In this document: one piece after another, positions 53,894 to 61,535 of the stretch
How positions within the stretch are numbered: position 1 is the first letter of the stretch
Layout: every line of letters begins with the position of its first letter
Assembly (NCBI GenBank): GCA_963765575.1
Contig: CAVXWZ010000011.1
Span: 544,001-608,000 of the forward strand
Direction: 5' to 3'
DNA length: 64,000 nucleotides
Source of the DNA: an uncultured cyanobacterium
GTDB lineage: Bacteria; Cyanobacteriota; Cyanobacteriia; PCC-6307; Cyanobiaceae
Made by a program: the position numbers and the translations under genes
The notes under the pieces: model-generated
The model's database searches: none
Told to the model about the DNA's origin: nothing
What the model saw: the letters and a program-made list of their open reading frames with translations, nothing else

Positions 53894-54736
53894 TTAAGGG
53901 GTGCGGGCCGGATCGTCGCCCCCGCCCGTGCCAGTGCCGCGGCGGGCCTGGGCCCAGCGCAGCTGGCGCACCATGCCGCGCATCAGGGCCACCTCCTCGC
54001 TGCTCACCTGGGCGCGCTGCAGCAGGGCCCGCAGCTTGGCCATGCGCGCCGCCGCGGTGTGGGGGTAGAGAAAGCCCACCTCCAGCAACAGCTGCTCGCC
54101 CGCGCCGAGCATCGCCTCCAGGGCCCCCCGCGGGCAGGGTTCCGGCCCACCCGCCGTCCCCCCCCCCATCGCTGCCCCCAGAGTCGTCGTGGCGGCAGGC
54201 CGCTGGGTCCCGCTCTGCAGCCTGTGCCAGTGGTGCAGCACCACGGCAGCGGCCTGGGCCAGGTTGAGGGAGCCGTAGGCGTCGCCGGTTTCGATGCCCA
54301 GCAGCCGGCCGGCCTGGAGCAGCTCATCGTTGCTCAGGCCCCGGTCCTCGCGGCCGAACACCAGGGCCCGCAACGGCGCTGGGGGGTGGGCTTCAGCGCC
54401 ACCGCCGGTTGGTGGGGCTGGCTGCCCCAGCCAGCCCAGCGCATCGTCGAGCCCCCGGACGGGCAGGGGCTCGCCACAGCCCCTGCCGCTGGTGGCCACC
54501 ACCCGCCGGCAATCGGCCAGGGCCGCCTTGAGGCTGGGGAACAGCCGTGCCGTCTCCAGCACAGCGACGCCGTGCACCGCCATGCGCCGGGCCTCCTCGC
54601 CGAGATGGGAGCACCTGGGTGCCACCAGGCGCAGCTCCGCCACTGCGAAGTTGGCGCACAGCCGCGCCACGCCACCCACGTTGAGGGCGCCGGCGGGCTC
54701 CACCAGCACCACCGCCAGGGGCGTGCCCTGGTTCAC
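53894..54736 (-). CDS. trmJ: TrmJ/LasT family RNA methyltransferase (SPOUT)
   Basis: VVLVEP...NVG.VAR..NF, LVFGREDRGLSNDEL and SLNLAQA. Confidence 0.9.
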   Translation of the reverse strand: MNQGTPLAVVLVEPAGALNVGGVARLCANFAVAELRLVAPRCSHLGEEARRMAVHGVAVLETARLFPSLKAALADCRRVVATSGRGCGEPLPVRGLDDALGWLGQPAPPTGGGAEAHPPAPLRALVFGREDRGLSNDELLQAGRLLGIETGDAYGSLNLAQAAAVVLHHWHRLQSGTQRPAATTTLGAAMGGGTAGGPEPCPRGALEAMLGAGEQLLLEVGFLYPHTAAARMAKLRALLQRAQVSSEEVALMRGMVRQLRWAQARRGTGTGGGDDPARTP

Positions 54737-55170
54737 ACCAGACCGTTCAGGTAGGCCAGCAGATCGGCCATGGCCTGGGGTTCTGGTTGGAAGCTGGGCA
54801 TCGGCGGGGTGCGGCCGCTGACCACCTGGCGGATCAGTTGGCGCTGGTTCTTGCGTTCCGTCACCCCATGCAGGTCGGGACCCACCAGCCCCTGGGCGGC
54901 GGCGCCGTGGCAACCGGCGCAGTTGAGCCGGAAGAGCAGGGCGCCATGCTCCGCAGAACCGCTGAGCTGCAGGGTCTGGCGGGTGTAGGGATCGCTCTGG
55001 GCGGCAGGCAGCAGCAGCAGCACCAGCAGGATGCAGGCGGCGGCTGCCGCCGCCGCCAGGCCGGCCACCAGACCCCGTCCCCGGACCAGGCTGCTGGCCT
55101 GCTCAAGTGGCGCGGCGGCAGGGTCGGACCCTCCGGGCTGGGGAATGCTGGACGGCACGGGGCTGTTCAC
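54733..55170 (-). CDS. cytM: Cytochrome cM
   Basis: TM anchor, DPY, NCAGCHG, GLVGPDL and [12 protein letters not shown]. Confidence 0.9.
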   Translation of the reverse strand: MNSPVPSSIPQPGGSDPAAAPLEQASSLVRGRGLVAGLAAAAAAACILLVLLLLPAAQSDPYTRQTLQLSGSAEHGALLFRLNCAGCHGAAAQGLVGPDLHGVTERKNQRQLIRQVVSGRTPPMPSFQPEPQAMADLLAYLNGLV

Positions 55171-55328
55171 AGGGAGCGGGCGGAGCCTTCGCGGGTGCGG
55201 GGGTGGACGTGGCCAGGGGCGTCGGCAGCACCCCTCACCACCCTGACGGGCGGCAGGACCCAGCCGCGAGCTCCGGGAGGGGCGTTGGCATGGACCTATT
55301 GTGTCCTGAGAAGCTGATCGTCCCGGCC

Positions 55329-55442
55329 ATGATCGAACCACTCCTCTGCGGGATCGTGCTGGGCCTGATCCCCTTGACCCTGCTGGGCCTGTTCACTGCG
55401 GCCTGGAGCCAGTACCGCCGCGGCTCCATGCTGGACAGCTGA
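55329..55442 (+). CDS. petG: Cytochrome b6f subunit V
   Basis: [28 protein letters not shown], 37 aa. Confidence 0.95.
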   Translation: MIEPLLCGIVLGLIPLTLLGLFTAAWSQYRRGSMLDS

Positions 55443-55456
55443 GTCCAGCAGGGCGC

Positions 55457-56055
55457 TCATTGCTGCTGCAGCAGCAGCAGCGTGGTGGATCCATAGCGGC
55501 GCAGGTCCCGCTGCCTCCAGCCGTTGGGCACATCTGGCAGGCCTGCACTGGCGCACTCCCAGACCAGGGTTCCTTCCCCGTTCAGCCACTCCCCCGTGGC
55601 CACCGCTGCAGCGATCGGCCCATAGAGCTTCGCCGCGTAGGGAGGGTCGGCATAGATCAGGTCGAAGCGATCCCGCTCAAGGCTCAGCGTTGGCCGCAGC
55701 CACCTGAACCGCCACCCTGGCGCGTTCCCCCGCGCTGCAGCCAGCGCAGCACCTCGCTGGCGTGCACCTCCACCTGGGGCCTGGGCTCAAGTCCCCCCCG
55801 CACGGCTTCAAGGTTGGCCCTGGCCAGCGCCGCCAGCCGCCGGTCCCGCTCCACCGCCACCGCCCGCGCGGCCCCGCGCTGCAGCGCCTCGCAGGCCATG
55901 GCGCCGCTGCCGCAACAGAGGTCAAGCCAGTGGCAGCCGCGCAGCTCTGCGGCCAGCAGGTTCATCACCGCCAGCCGCACCCGGGCAGGGGTGGGGCGGG
56001 CCAGGGAGCCCGGCGGGCTTTTCAACCTGCGGCCACCGCTGAGGCGCAGGCTCAT
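55457..56055 (-). pseudogene. rsmD: 16S rRNA m2G966 methyltransferase RsmD, frameshifted between ~55670 and 55735 (possible sequencing error)
   Basis: RPT..RVR and LDLCCGSG are in one frame that stops at 55684. FDLIYADPPY...RRYGSTTL continues in another frame to a TGA at 55457. Confidence 0.82.
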
Positions 56056-56068
56056 GGCAGGCGGGCGC

Positions 56069-56701
56069 TCATGCCGGCAGCCAGTGGAGCCAGCGCTGCA
56101 GGATCGCTGCGCCGGCAGGCCCCGATTTCTCGGGGTGAAACTGGCAGGCTCCGATCGCCCCGCTCCAGACGGCGGCGGTGACGGTCTCGCCGGCGAAGTC
56201 GACCCCGGCGGTGGTGACCGCCGGATCGCTGGGAGCGGCGGCGAAGGAGTGCACGAAATAGACCCAGGCCGGCGGCGCTCCGGCGGGCAGCAGGGGACTG
56301 GGGTTGCTGGGGATGAGGGGTTCCCAGCCCATGTGGGGGATGGGATGGCCGCTGCGCCGCGGCAGCGCCCGCACCCGTCCCGGCAGCAGGGCCAGCCCCC
56401 GGCTGCGGCCCTCATCACTGGACTCGAACAGCAGCTGCAGACCCAGGCAGATGCCCAGCAGGGGCCGCTCCGCCGCACACCACTGCCGCAGCATCCGGTC
56501 CAGCCCGCTGCTGCGCAGCCGCTCCATGGCTGGATCGAAGGCCCCGACCCCCGGCAGCAGCAGGCCCTGACAGCTCTCGATCAGGGCCGCATCGGCACCG
56601 GGATCGGCCACGGTCACCACCTCCGCCCCCAGCCGCTCGAAGGCCCGCCGCACCGAGTGCAGGTTGCCCATGCCGTAGTCGATCAGGCCCAGCCGGTTCA
56701 T
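56069..56701 (-). CDS. hisH: Imidazole glycerol phosphate synthase glutaminase subunit
   Basis: DYGMGNL.SV, LPGVGAF, GICLGLQ, PHMGW, YFVHS and QFHPEKSG. Confidence 0.96.
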   Translation of the reverse strand: MNRLGLIDYGMGNLHSVRRAFERLGAEVVTVADPGADAALIESCQGLLLPGVGAFDPAMERLRSSGLDRMLRQWCAAERPLLGICLGLQLLFESSDEGRSRGLALLPGRVRALPRRSGHPIPHMGWEPLIPSNPSPLLPAGAPPAWVYFVHSFAAAPSDPAVTTAGVDFAGETVTAAVWSGAIGACQFHPEKSGPAGAAILQRWLHWLPA

Positions 56702-57663
56702 GACGGATCACAGCCCCGCTGTTCCGGTTGCAACAGGGCCGGACAGCTGGGCAGGTCAAGGCCGTTGAGGGCATCGATCAGCTGGTAGAGCCTGCCCATG
56801 CGGCGCATGTTGAAGCGGAAGCGCAGGCAGGGTCGCAGAAAGCCTTCGTCGTCGCAGGTCTCGGCGGCATGGATGGCGCCCTGCTCCACCAGGTCGTCGA
56901 AGTCCTGGTTGAGCTGATCCAGCGCCTGTGGGGGAATCGGCGCGTTGAGCTGCAGTTCCAGCCAGTCCCTGAGCAGTTCGGCGGCATGGAAGACCCGGTA
57001 GAACCGGCAGATGCAGGCGATGGCGTTGCTGGCGCTGTCCGTCAGACACACCAGGGAGCGGTCCTCCGGGGAGATCAGCCCCCGTTTGGTCATCAGCCGC
57101 CGCACCTCCAGCTGCCAGCTGCTCCAGAAGGGATCGCCGGCTGGGGCCAGCAACACCAGGGGCATGGGCGGGGTGCGGCCGGTCTGGATGAGGGTGAGCG
57201 CCTCGAACAGCTCATCGAGGGTGCCGAAGCCGCCGGGCAGCGCCACCACCGCATCGCTTTCGCGCAGGAAGAACAGCTTGCGGGTGAAGAAGTAGCGGAA
57301 GTGCAGCAGCCGGGCCTCGTAGCTGCTCACGATCGGGTTGGGGTGCTGCTCGAAGGGCAGATCGACATTCAGGCCGAAGCTCGCCTGGCTGCCGGCACCG
57401 CGGTTGGCGGCCTCCATGATCCCGGCGCCGGCGCCCGTGATCACCTCAAAGCCGGCCCGCACCGCCAGCCGGGCGAGCTCCTCGGCCTGCTGGAACGCCG
57501 GATCGGCGTCGCTGGTGCGGGCGGAGCCGAACACGGCCACCTTGCGCACCTTGCGGTGGGGGCGGAACACCTCCAGGGCCTCACTGATGTCGGCGAGGGT
57601 GCCGCTGATGATCCGCCAGGCCTCCGGCTCACTCTCGTGGCGGCAGACCTCCAGCAGGGACAC
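56698..57663 (-). CDS. LOG family nucleotide phosphoribohydrolase (long type); true start probably further upstream
   Basis: VFGSART, ITGAGAGIMEAAN, FRYFFTRK and PGGFGTLDE. Confidence 0.88.
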   Translation of the reverse strand: MSLLEVCRHESEPEAWRIISGTLADISEALEVFRPHRKVRKVAVFGSARTSDADPAFQQAEELARLAVRAGFEVITGAGAGIMEAANRGAGSQASFGLNVDLPFEQHPNPIVSSYEARLLHFRYFFTRKLFFLRESDAVVALPGGFGTLDELFEALTLIQTGRTPPMPLVLLAPAGDPFWSSWQLEVRRLMTKRGLISPEDRSLVCLTDSASNAIACICRFYRVFHAAELLRDWLELQLNAPIPPQALDQLNQDFDDLVEQGAIHAAETCDDEGFLRPCLRFRFNMRRMGRLYQLIDALNGLDLPSCPALLQPEQRGCDPS

Positions 57664-57738
57664 CAGGGCGCGATCAATGATGCGCCGCTGGGGATGGTGC
57701 TCGATGGCGGCGGCGAGGGCCTCCAGCGGGCTGATGCC

Positions 57739-57790
57739 ACCGTGACGCTGGGCTGGACCGTGACGCTGGGCTGGACCGTGACGCTGGGCT
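57739..57790. repeat. 18-bp tandem repeat x3 (ACCGTGACGCTGGGCTGG)
   Basis: Two perfect copies and one 16-nt copy between trxA and the LOG gene. Confidence 0.92.
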
Positions 57791-57858
57791 TGGGAGATGG
57801 AGGACCCGGGGCCGGCAGGAGGGGAAGGGGCTGTCAGGGGGGCTCTCGGGCAGGGAGC

Positions 57859-58182
57859 TCAGAGGTACTTGCTGATCGTGCCGGACAGGGTGGTCTTGGG
57901 CACGGCGCCGACAACGGTGTCGACCTTCTGGCCGCCTTTGAACACCATCAGGGTGGGGATGCTGCGGATGCCGTACTGGCTGGCCACATTGGGGTTCTCG
58001 TCGGTGTTCAGCTTGAACACCTTGATCTGGCCTTCGAACTCCTTGGCGATCTCATCGACGATCGGTGCCACCATGCGGCAGGGGCCGCACCAGGGGGCCC
58101 AGAAGTCAACCAGCACAGGCACATCACTCTTGAGCACGTCCTGCTCGAAGGAGGCGTCGGTGACAGCGGCTGCGCTGGACAT
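57859..58182 (-). CDS. trxA: Thioredoxin (m-type)
   Basis: [10 protein letters not shown] active site and IRSIPTL. Confidence 0.98.
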   Translation of the reverse strand: MSSAAAVTDASFEQDVLKSDVPVLVDFWAPWCGPCRMVAPIVDEIAKEFEGQIKVFKLNTDENPNVASQYGIRSIPTLMVFKGGQKVDTVVGAVPKTTLSGTISKYL

Positions 58183-58206
58183 CCTTGTTGGGGTCGGGAT
58201 TTAAGG

Positions 58207-58215
58207 AATGTAGCA
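58207..58215 (-). promoter_or_regulatory. Putative extended -10 element for trxA (TGcTACATT)
   Basis: TGnTAnnnT pattern about 25 nt upstream of the trxA ATG. Confidence 0.45.
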
Positions 58216-58296
58216 AGGGGCCACGGTCGCTTCTGTCGGCCCACACCAAGCGTTGCAGGCAGGGGGCGGGCCGACTGCTCAGCAGAACGGCTCAGC

Positions 58297-58358
58297 AAAA
58301 AGGCCCGGACGAGCCGGGCCGGAGGGTGTGAGGAGTGTGCGAGCTGTGAAGCCCCCAC
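58297..58358 (-). ncRNA. yfr1: Yfr1 small RNA
   Basis: Exact conserved undecamer ACTCCTCACAC (58336-58326). It lies between a 5' hairpin and a GGCCCGG/CCGGGCC terminator with TTTTT, in the guaB-trxA spacer. A TATCTT -10-like element is just upstream. Confidence 0.92.
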
Positions 58359-58381
58359 CACTACAAGATAGGCCTCGCCTC

Positions 58382-59545
58382 CTACTTGCCCATGCCCAGC
58401 TGCTGGGCCTTCTGATACACCTTGCCCTCGGTGAGCAGCGACGGGGCCACCACCACCTCCACCTCCTGCATCTCCCGCAGCGTGCGGGCCCCCAGGGTGC
58501 CCATGGAGGTGCGGATGCAGCCGAGCAGATTCTGGGTGCCGTCGTCGAGGCCGGCGGGGCCGCGCAGGATCCGCTCCAGGCTGCCGGTGGTGCCCACGCT
58601 GATGCGGGTGCCGCGGGGCAGCACGGGGCTGGGGGTGGCCATGCCCCAGTGGAAACCCCTGCCAGGTGCCTCGGCGGCGCGGGCGATGGGAGACCCGATC
58701 ATCACGGCATCGGCGCCACAGGCCAGGCACTTGCAGATGTCACCGCCGGTGACGATGCCGCCGTCGGCGATCACGGGCACGCGGCGGCCGCTCTCGCTGG
58801 CGTAGTCGTCGCGGGCCGCCGCGCAGTCGGCCACGGCGGTGGCCTGGGGGATGCCGATCCCCAACACACCGCGGCTGGTGCAGGCGGCGCCGGGGCCGAT
58901 GCCCACCAGCACCCCGGCAGCGCCGGCGCGCATCAGCTTCAGGGCCACCTCATAGGTGACGCAGTTGCCGATCACCACGGGCACGCCGAAGTCGCGGCAG
59001 AGGGCTTCGATATCCAGGCTGGCCTGGCCCTCCGGGCCGATGTGTTCGGTGCTGACCACCGTGGCCTGCACGAACAGGAGGTCGGCTGCGGCCTCGGCGA
59101 TGGCGGCGCCGAAGCGCATGGCGGCCACGGGCGTGGCGCTCACGGCGGCGATCCCGCCCCGCTCCTTGATCTCGGCGATGCGCTGACGGATCAGGTCCTC
59201 ACGCACGGGTTGGCTGTAGAGCTCCTGCATCAGCGGCACGAACTCCGCCTTGCCCACCGCGGCGATGCGGTCCAGCACCGGATTGGGGTCGTCGTAGCGG
59301 CACTGCACCCCCTCCAGGTTGAGCACGCCGAGGGCTCCCAGGCGGGTGAGCTCCACGGCGACGGCCACGTCGACCACGCCATCCATGGCGCTGGCGATGA
59401 TCGGGATCTCGCGATCAATGCCGCCCAGGCTCCAACTGCTGTCCGTGATGGCCGGATCGACCGTGCGGCCGCCGGGCACCAGGGCGATTTCGTCGATGCC
59501 GTAGGCGCGGCGGACGGTGCGGGAGCGGCCGAGCTGGATGTCCAC
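58382..59545 (-). CDS. guaB: IMP dehydrogenase family protein (GuaB3 type)
   Basis: ASAMDGV, GIGPGAACTSR, IADGGI and WGMA. Confidence 0.93.
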   Translation of the reverse strand: MDIQLGRSRTVRRAYGIDEIALVPGGRTVDPAITDSSWSLGGIDREIPIIASAMDGVVDVAVAVELTRLGALGVLNLEGVQCRYDDPNPVLDRIAAVGKAEFVPLMQELYSQPVREDLIRQRIAEIKERGGIAAVSATPVAAMRFGAAIAEAAADLLFVQATVVSTEHIGPEGQASLDIEALCRDFGVPVVIGNCVTYEVALKLMRAGAAGVLVGIGPGAACTSRGVLGIGIPQATAVADCAAARDDYASESGRRVPVIADGGIVTGGDICKCLACGADAVMIGSPIARAAEAPGRGFHWGMATPSPVLPRGTRISVGTTGSLERILRGPAGLDDGTQNLLGCIRTSMGTLGARTLREMQEVEVVVAPSLLTEGKVYQKAQQLGMGK

Positions 59546-59623
59546 CGGGATTGCGCGTATTCGGGCCACCGTATCAATTGATGCGGCAGCTTCCCATGCC
59601 TTCAGCAACGGCCCCAGCCTTGA

Positions 59624-60226
59624 TCAGCTACGGCCGCTGAAGCTCTGCCAGCGCCGCTGCAGGCCCGCAAGCAGTTGCTCGCGCTCGCTGCGGCGGATCA
59701 TCTTGGGAAGACCGAAGCGCAGGGCCCAGATCAGCCCCACCAGCTCCAGCAGTCCGGGCGCCAGGGGCAGGCTGCCGATGGCGGACAACAGACCTGCGTA
59801 GAGCCGCAGCACCAGCAGCACCGAGATCAACGCCAGGGCGATGGTGAGCGGAGTCTTGGCCTGCAGCCAGAGGCTCTGGAGTTCGCCGCTGCCCCACCAC
59901 TGCTTCAGGTTCTGCACCAGCAGGTCCCATTCGCCGCCTTCCCCACCGCCGGCCGAGGAGCCGGGGTCGCCGCCAGCGAGCGCCGGCACTGTGGTGCTGG
60001 CCTCCAGGGTGGGCTCCGCCGCTGCCGGGGGTTCGCTCTCGGGCGCGACGGCCGCCTCGGCCGCCACCGCTGCCATGGTCTCGGTGGCGGGGGCTGCGCT
60101 GGGCGCAGGCTCGCCGAAGGCTGCGGCAGCGGGCTCGTTGTCCGCGTCAGTGGAACTCAGCTCCGGCGAGCTGGTGCCCTGCGGGTTGGGGTCGGCCTGG
60201 AAATCGGCGCGCTGGGTGTCGGCCAT
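59624..60226 (-). CDS. CAAD-domain (CURT1-like) thylakoid membrane protein
   Basis: Disordered Ala/Pro/Glu N-terminus, GGEWDLL and AI..LPL.PGLLELVG. Confidence 0.82.
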   Translation of the reverse strand: MADTQRADFQADPNPQGTSSPELSSTDADNEPAAAAFGEPAPSAAPATETMAAVAAEAAVAPESEPPAAAEPTLEASTTVPALAGGDPGSSAGGGEGGEWDLLVQNLKQWWGSGELQSLWLQAKTPLTIALALISVLLVLRLYAGLLSAIGSLPLAPGLLELVGLIWALRFGLPKMIRRSEREQLLAGLQRRWQSFSGRS

Positions 60227-60341
60227 GGAAGCGATGGAAGAAGAACTGGGCGAAGCGATGGGAGCGTGGGTGGGAGCTGACCTGGGCGGTGAGCTGCGGT
60301 CGGGCTGGAGCTTAAGGGGGGTTGCCGCTTGGGTTTCTCCC

Positions 60342-61535
60342 TCAGCTGTCGAGGGGCAGCAGGCTCGCTCGGCTGGAGAGGGGCAGCACCGGCAGTCGGA
60401 TCGGAAAGCGGTTGTGCACAAGCCGGCTCACCAGCTCGGCGCCGATCTCGGCGGCCAGCCGGGGGCTGTGGGCGGGGGCGCAGCGCAGCTGCCGTCCGCC
60501 CACGCTGATGCTGCCGCTGGCCAGCAGGTCGTAGCTCACCGACCCCAGCGCCGGCTTGACCCGCCTGGGGATGGCCAGATCCAGCACCGGAGCCTGCAAC
60601 GCGGCCGGCTCTGCTGCGGCGCCCCTGGCCACCTCCAGATCCAGCAGCGGCACTGGTGCCGCGATCGCCACCAGCAGTGAACAGCCGTGGCCGGGGAAGA
60701 AGCAGGGGCGGATCCAGCGGCTGTCGAGGCCGTGCAGATCCACGCTCAGGGCAGCGCTGGCACCGGGCGTGAGCGCGTGACCACTGGGCTGACGCCGCAC
60801 CTTGGGCTGGTGGCCGCTGCCCGCCCCCAGCACCCAGCCGATGCCCCCCGCCACCAGCACCGGAGAGCCCGGGCCCAGCAGCGTCAGCCCAGGCATGGTG
60901 AGGCCGATGCTGCCGCTGCCGCCACAGCTCCACAGGGCGGTGCCGTAGGGGCCGAGCAGCGGCCCCCAGGGGCTGGCGCAGAGCCCGGCGGCGCTGCTCA
61001 CCGCCACCACGCCGTTTTCGCCGATGGCCCGCTGCAGCAGCAGGCGGCCGGCGCCGAGCCGCTCCAGGTCCAGTTCGGTGTGCAGGTCGCGGCGCGGATG
61101 CAGGGCCGTGGCCTCGCCGCTGGCGTCGAAGGCCAGCGGCCTGCCGCCCAGCAGGGCAGCGAGCAGCTGGGCACCGCTGTGGCGTGATGGCTCCCCCAGC
61201 CCGCCGCCCACCGGCAGCAGCAGCTCGCCGGGCCCGCCGCTGGCCAGTCCCTTGACGCCATCGAGCTGGGCCTCGCGCAGCCGGATCGGCGGATCGGTGG
61301 GGCCCAGGGACAGCTGCAGGCTGGCCTGGTCGGTGAACCCGGCATCGGCGGCCACCACCACATCGGTGTCGACGTAGGCCTGATCCAGGCCCAGCTTCTG
61401 GGTGAGGGCGCGGAAGTCGGCGGCGGTGCGCACCCGCAGTTCGCCGCGACGCTGGCGCTCCCGCAACTGGGTTTCGCTGCGGGGTTGGGCGGCCTGGGGC
61501 TCGATAGAATCGGCTGACTGACCACGGTCTTGCAT
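60342..61535 (-). CDS. DUF39 homocysteine-biosynthesis-like protein
   Basis: DVV...[23 protein letters not shown] and PIRLPV. Start uncertain. Confidence 0.72.
   Translation of the reverse strand: MQDRGQSADSIEPQAAQPRSETQLRERQRRGELRVRTAADFRALTQKLGLDQAYVDTDVVVAADAGFTDQASLQLSLGPTDPPIRLREAQLDGVKGLASGGPGELLLPVGGGLGEPSRHSGAQLLAALLGGRPLAFDASGEATALHPRRDLHTELDLERLGAGRLLLQRAIGENGVVAVSSAAGLCASPWGPLLGPYGTALWSCGGSGSIGLTMPGLTLLGPGSPVLVAGGIGWVLGAGSGHQPKVRRQPSGHALTPGASAALSVDLHGLDSRWIRPCFFPGHGCSLLVAIAAPVPLLDLEVARGAAAEPAALQAPVLDLAIPRRVKPALGSVSYDLLASGSISVGGRQLRCAPAHSPRLAAEIGAELVSRLVHNRFPIRLPVLPLSSRASLLPLDS

Noticed and set aside
57739..57790. CRISPR-like array (also the repeats at 46231 and 40135)
   Set aside because: The units are contiguous with no spacers, too short, and there are no cas genes.
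57840..57861. Selenocysteine decoding of the trxA TGA
   Set aside because: The TGA is at the normal thioredoxin C-terminus rather than the active site, and I see no SECIS-like hairpin after it.
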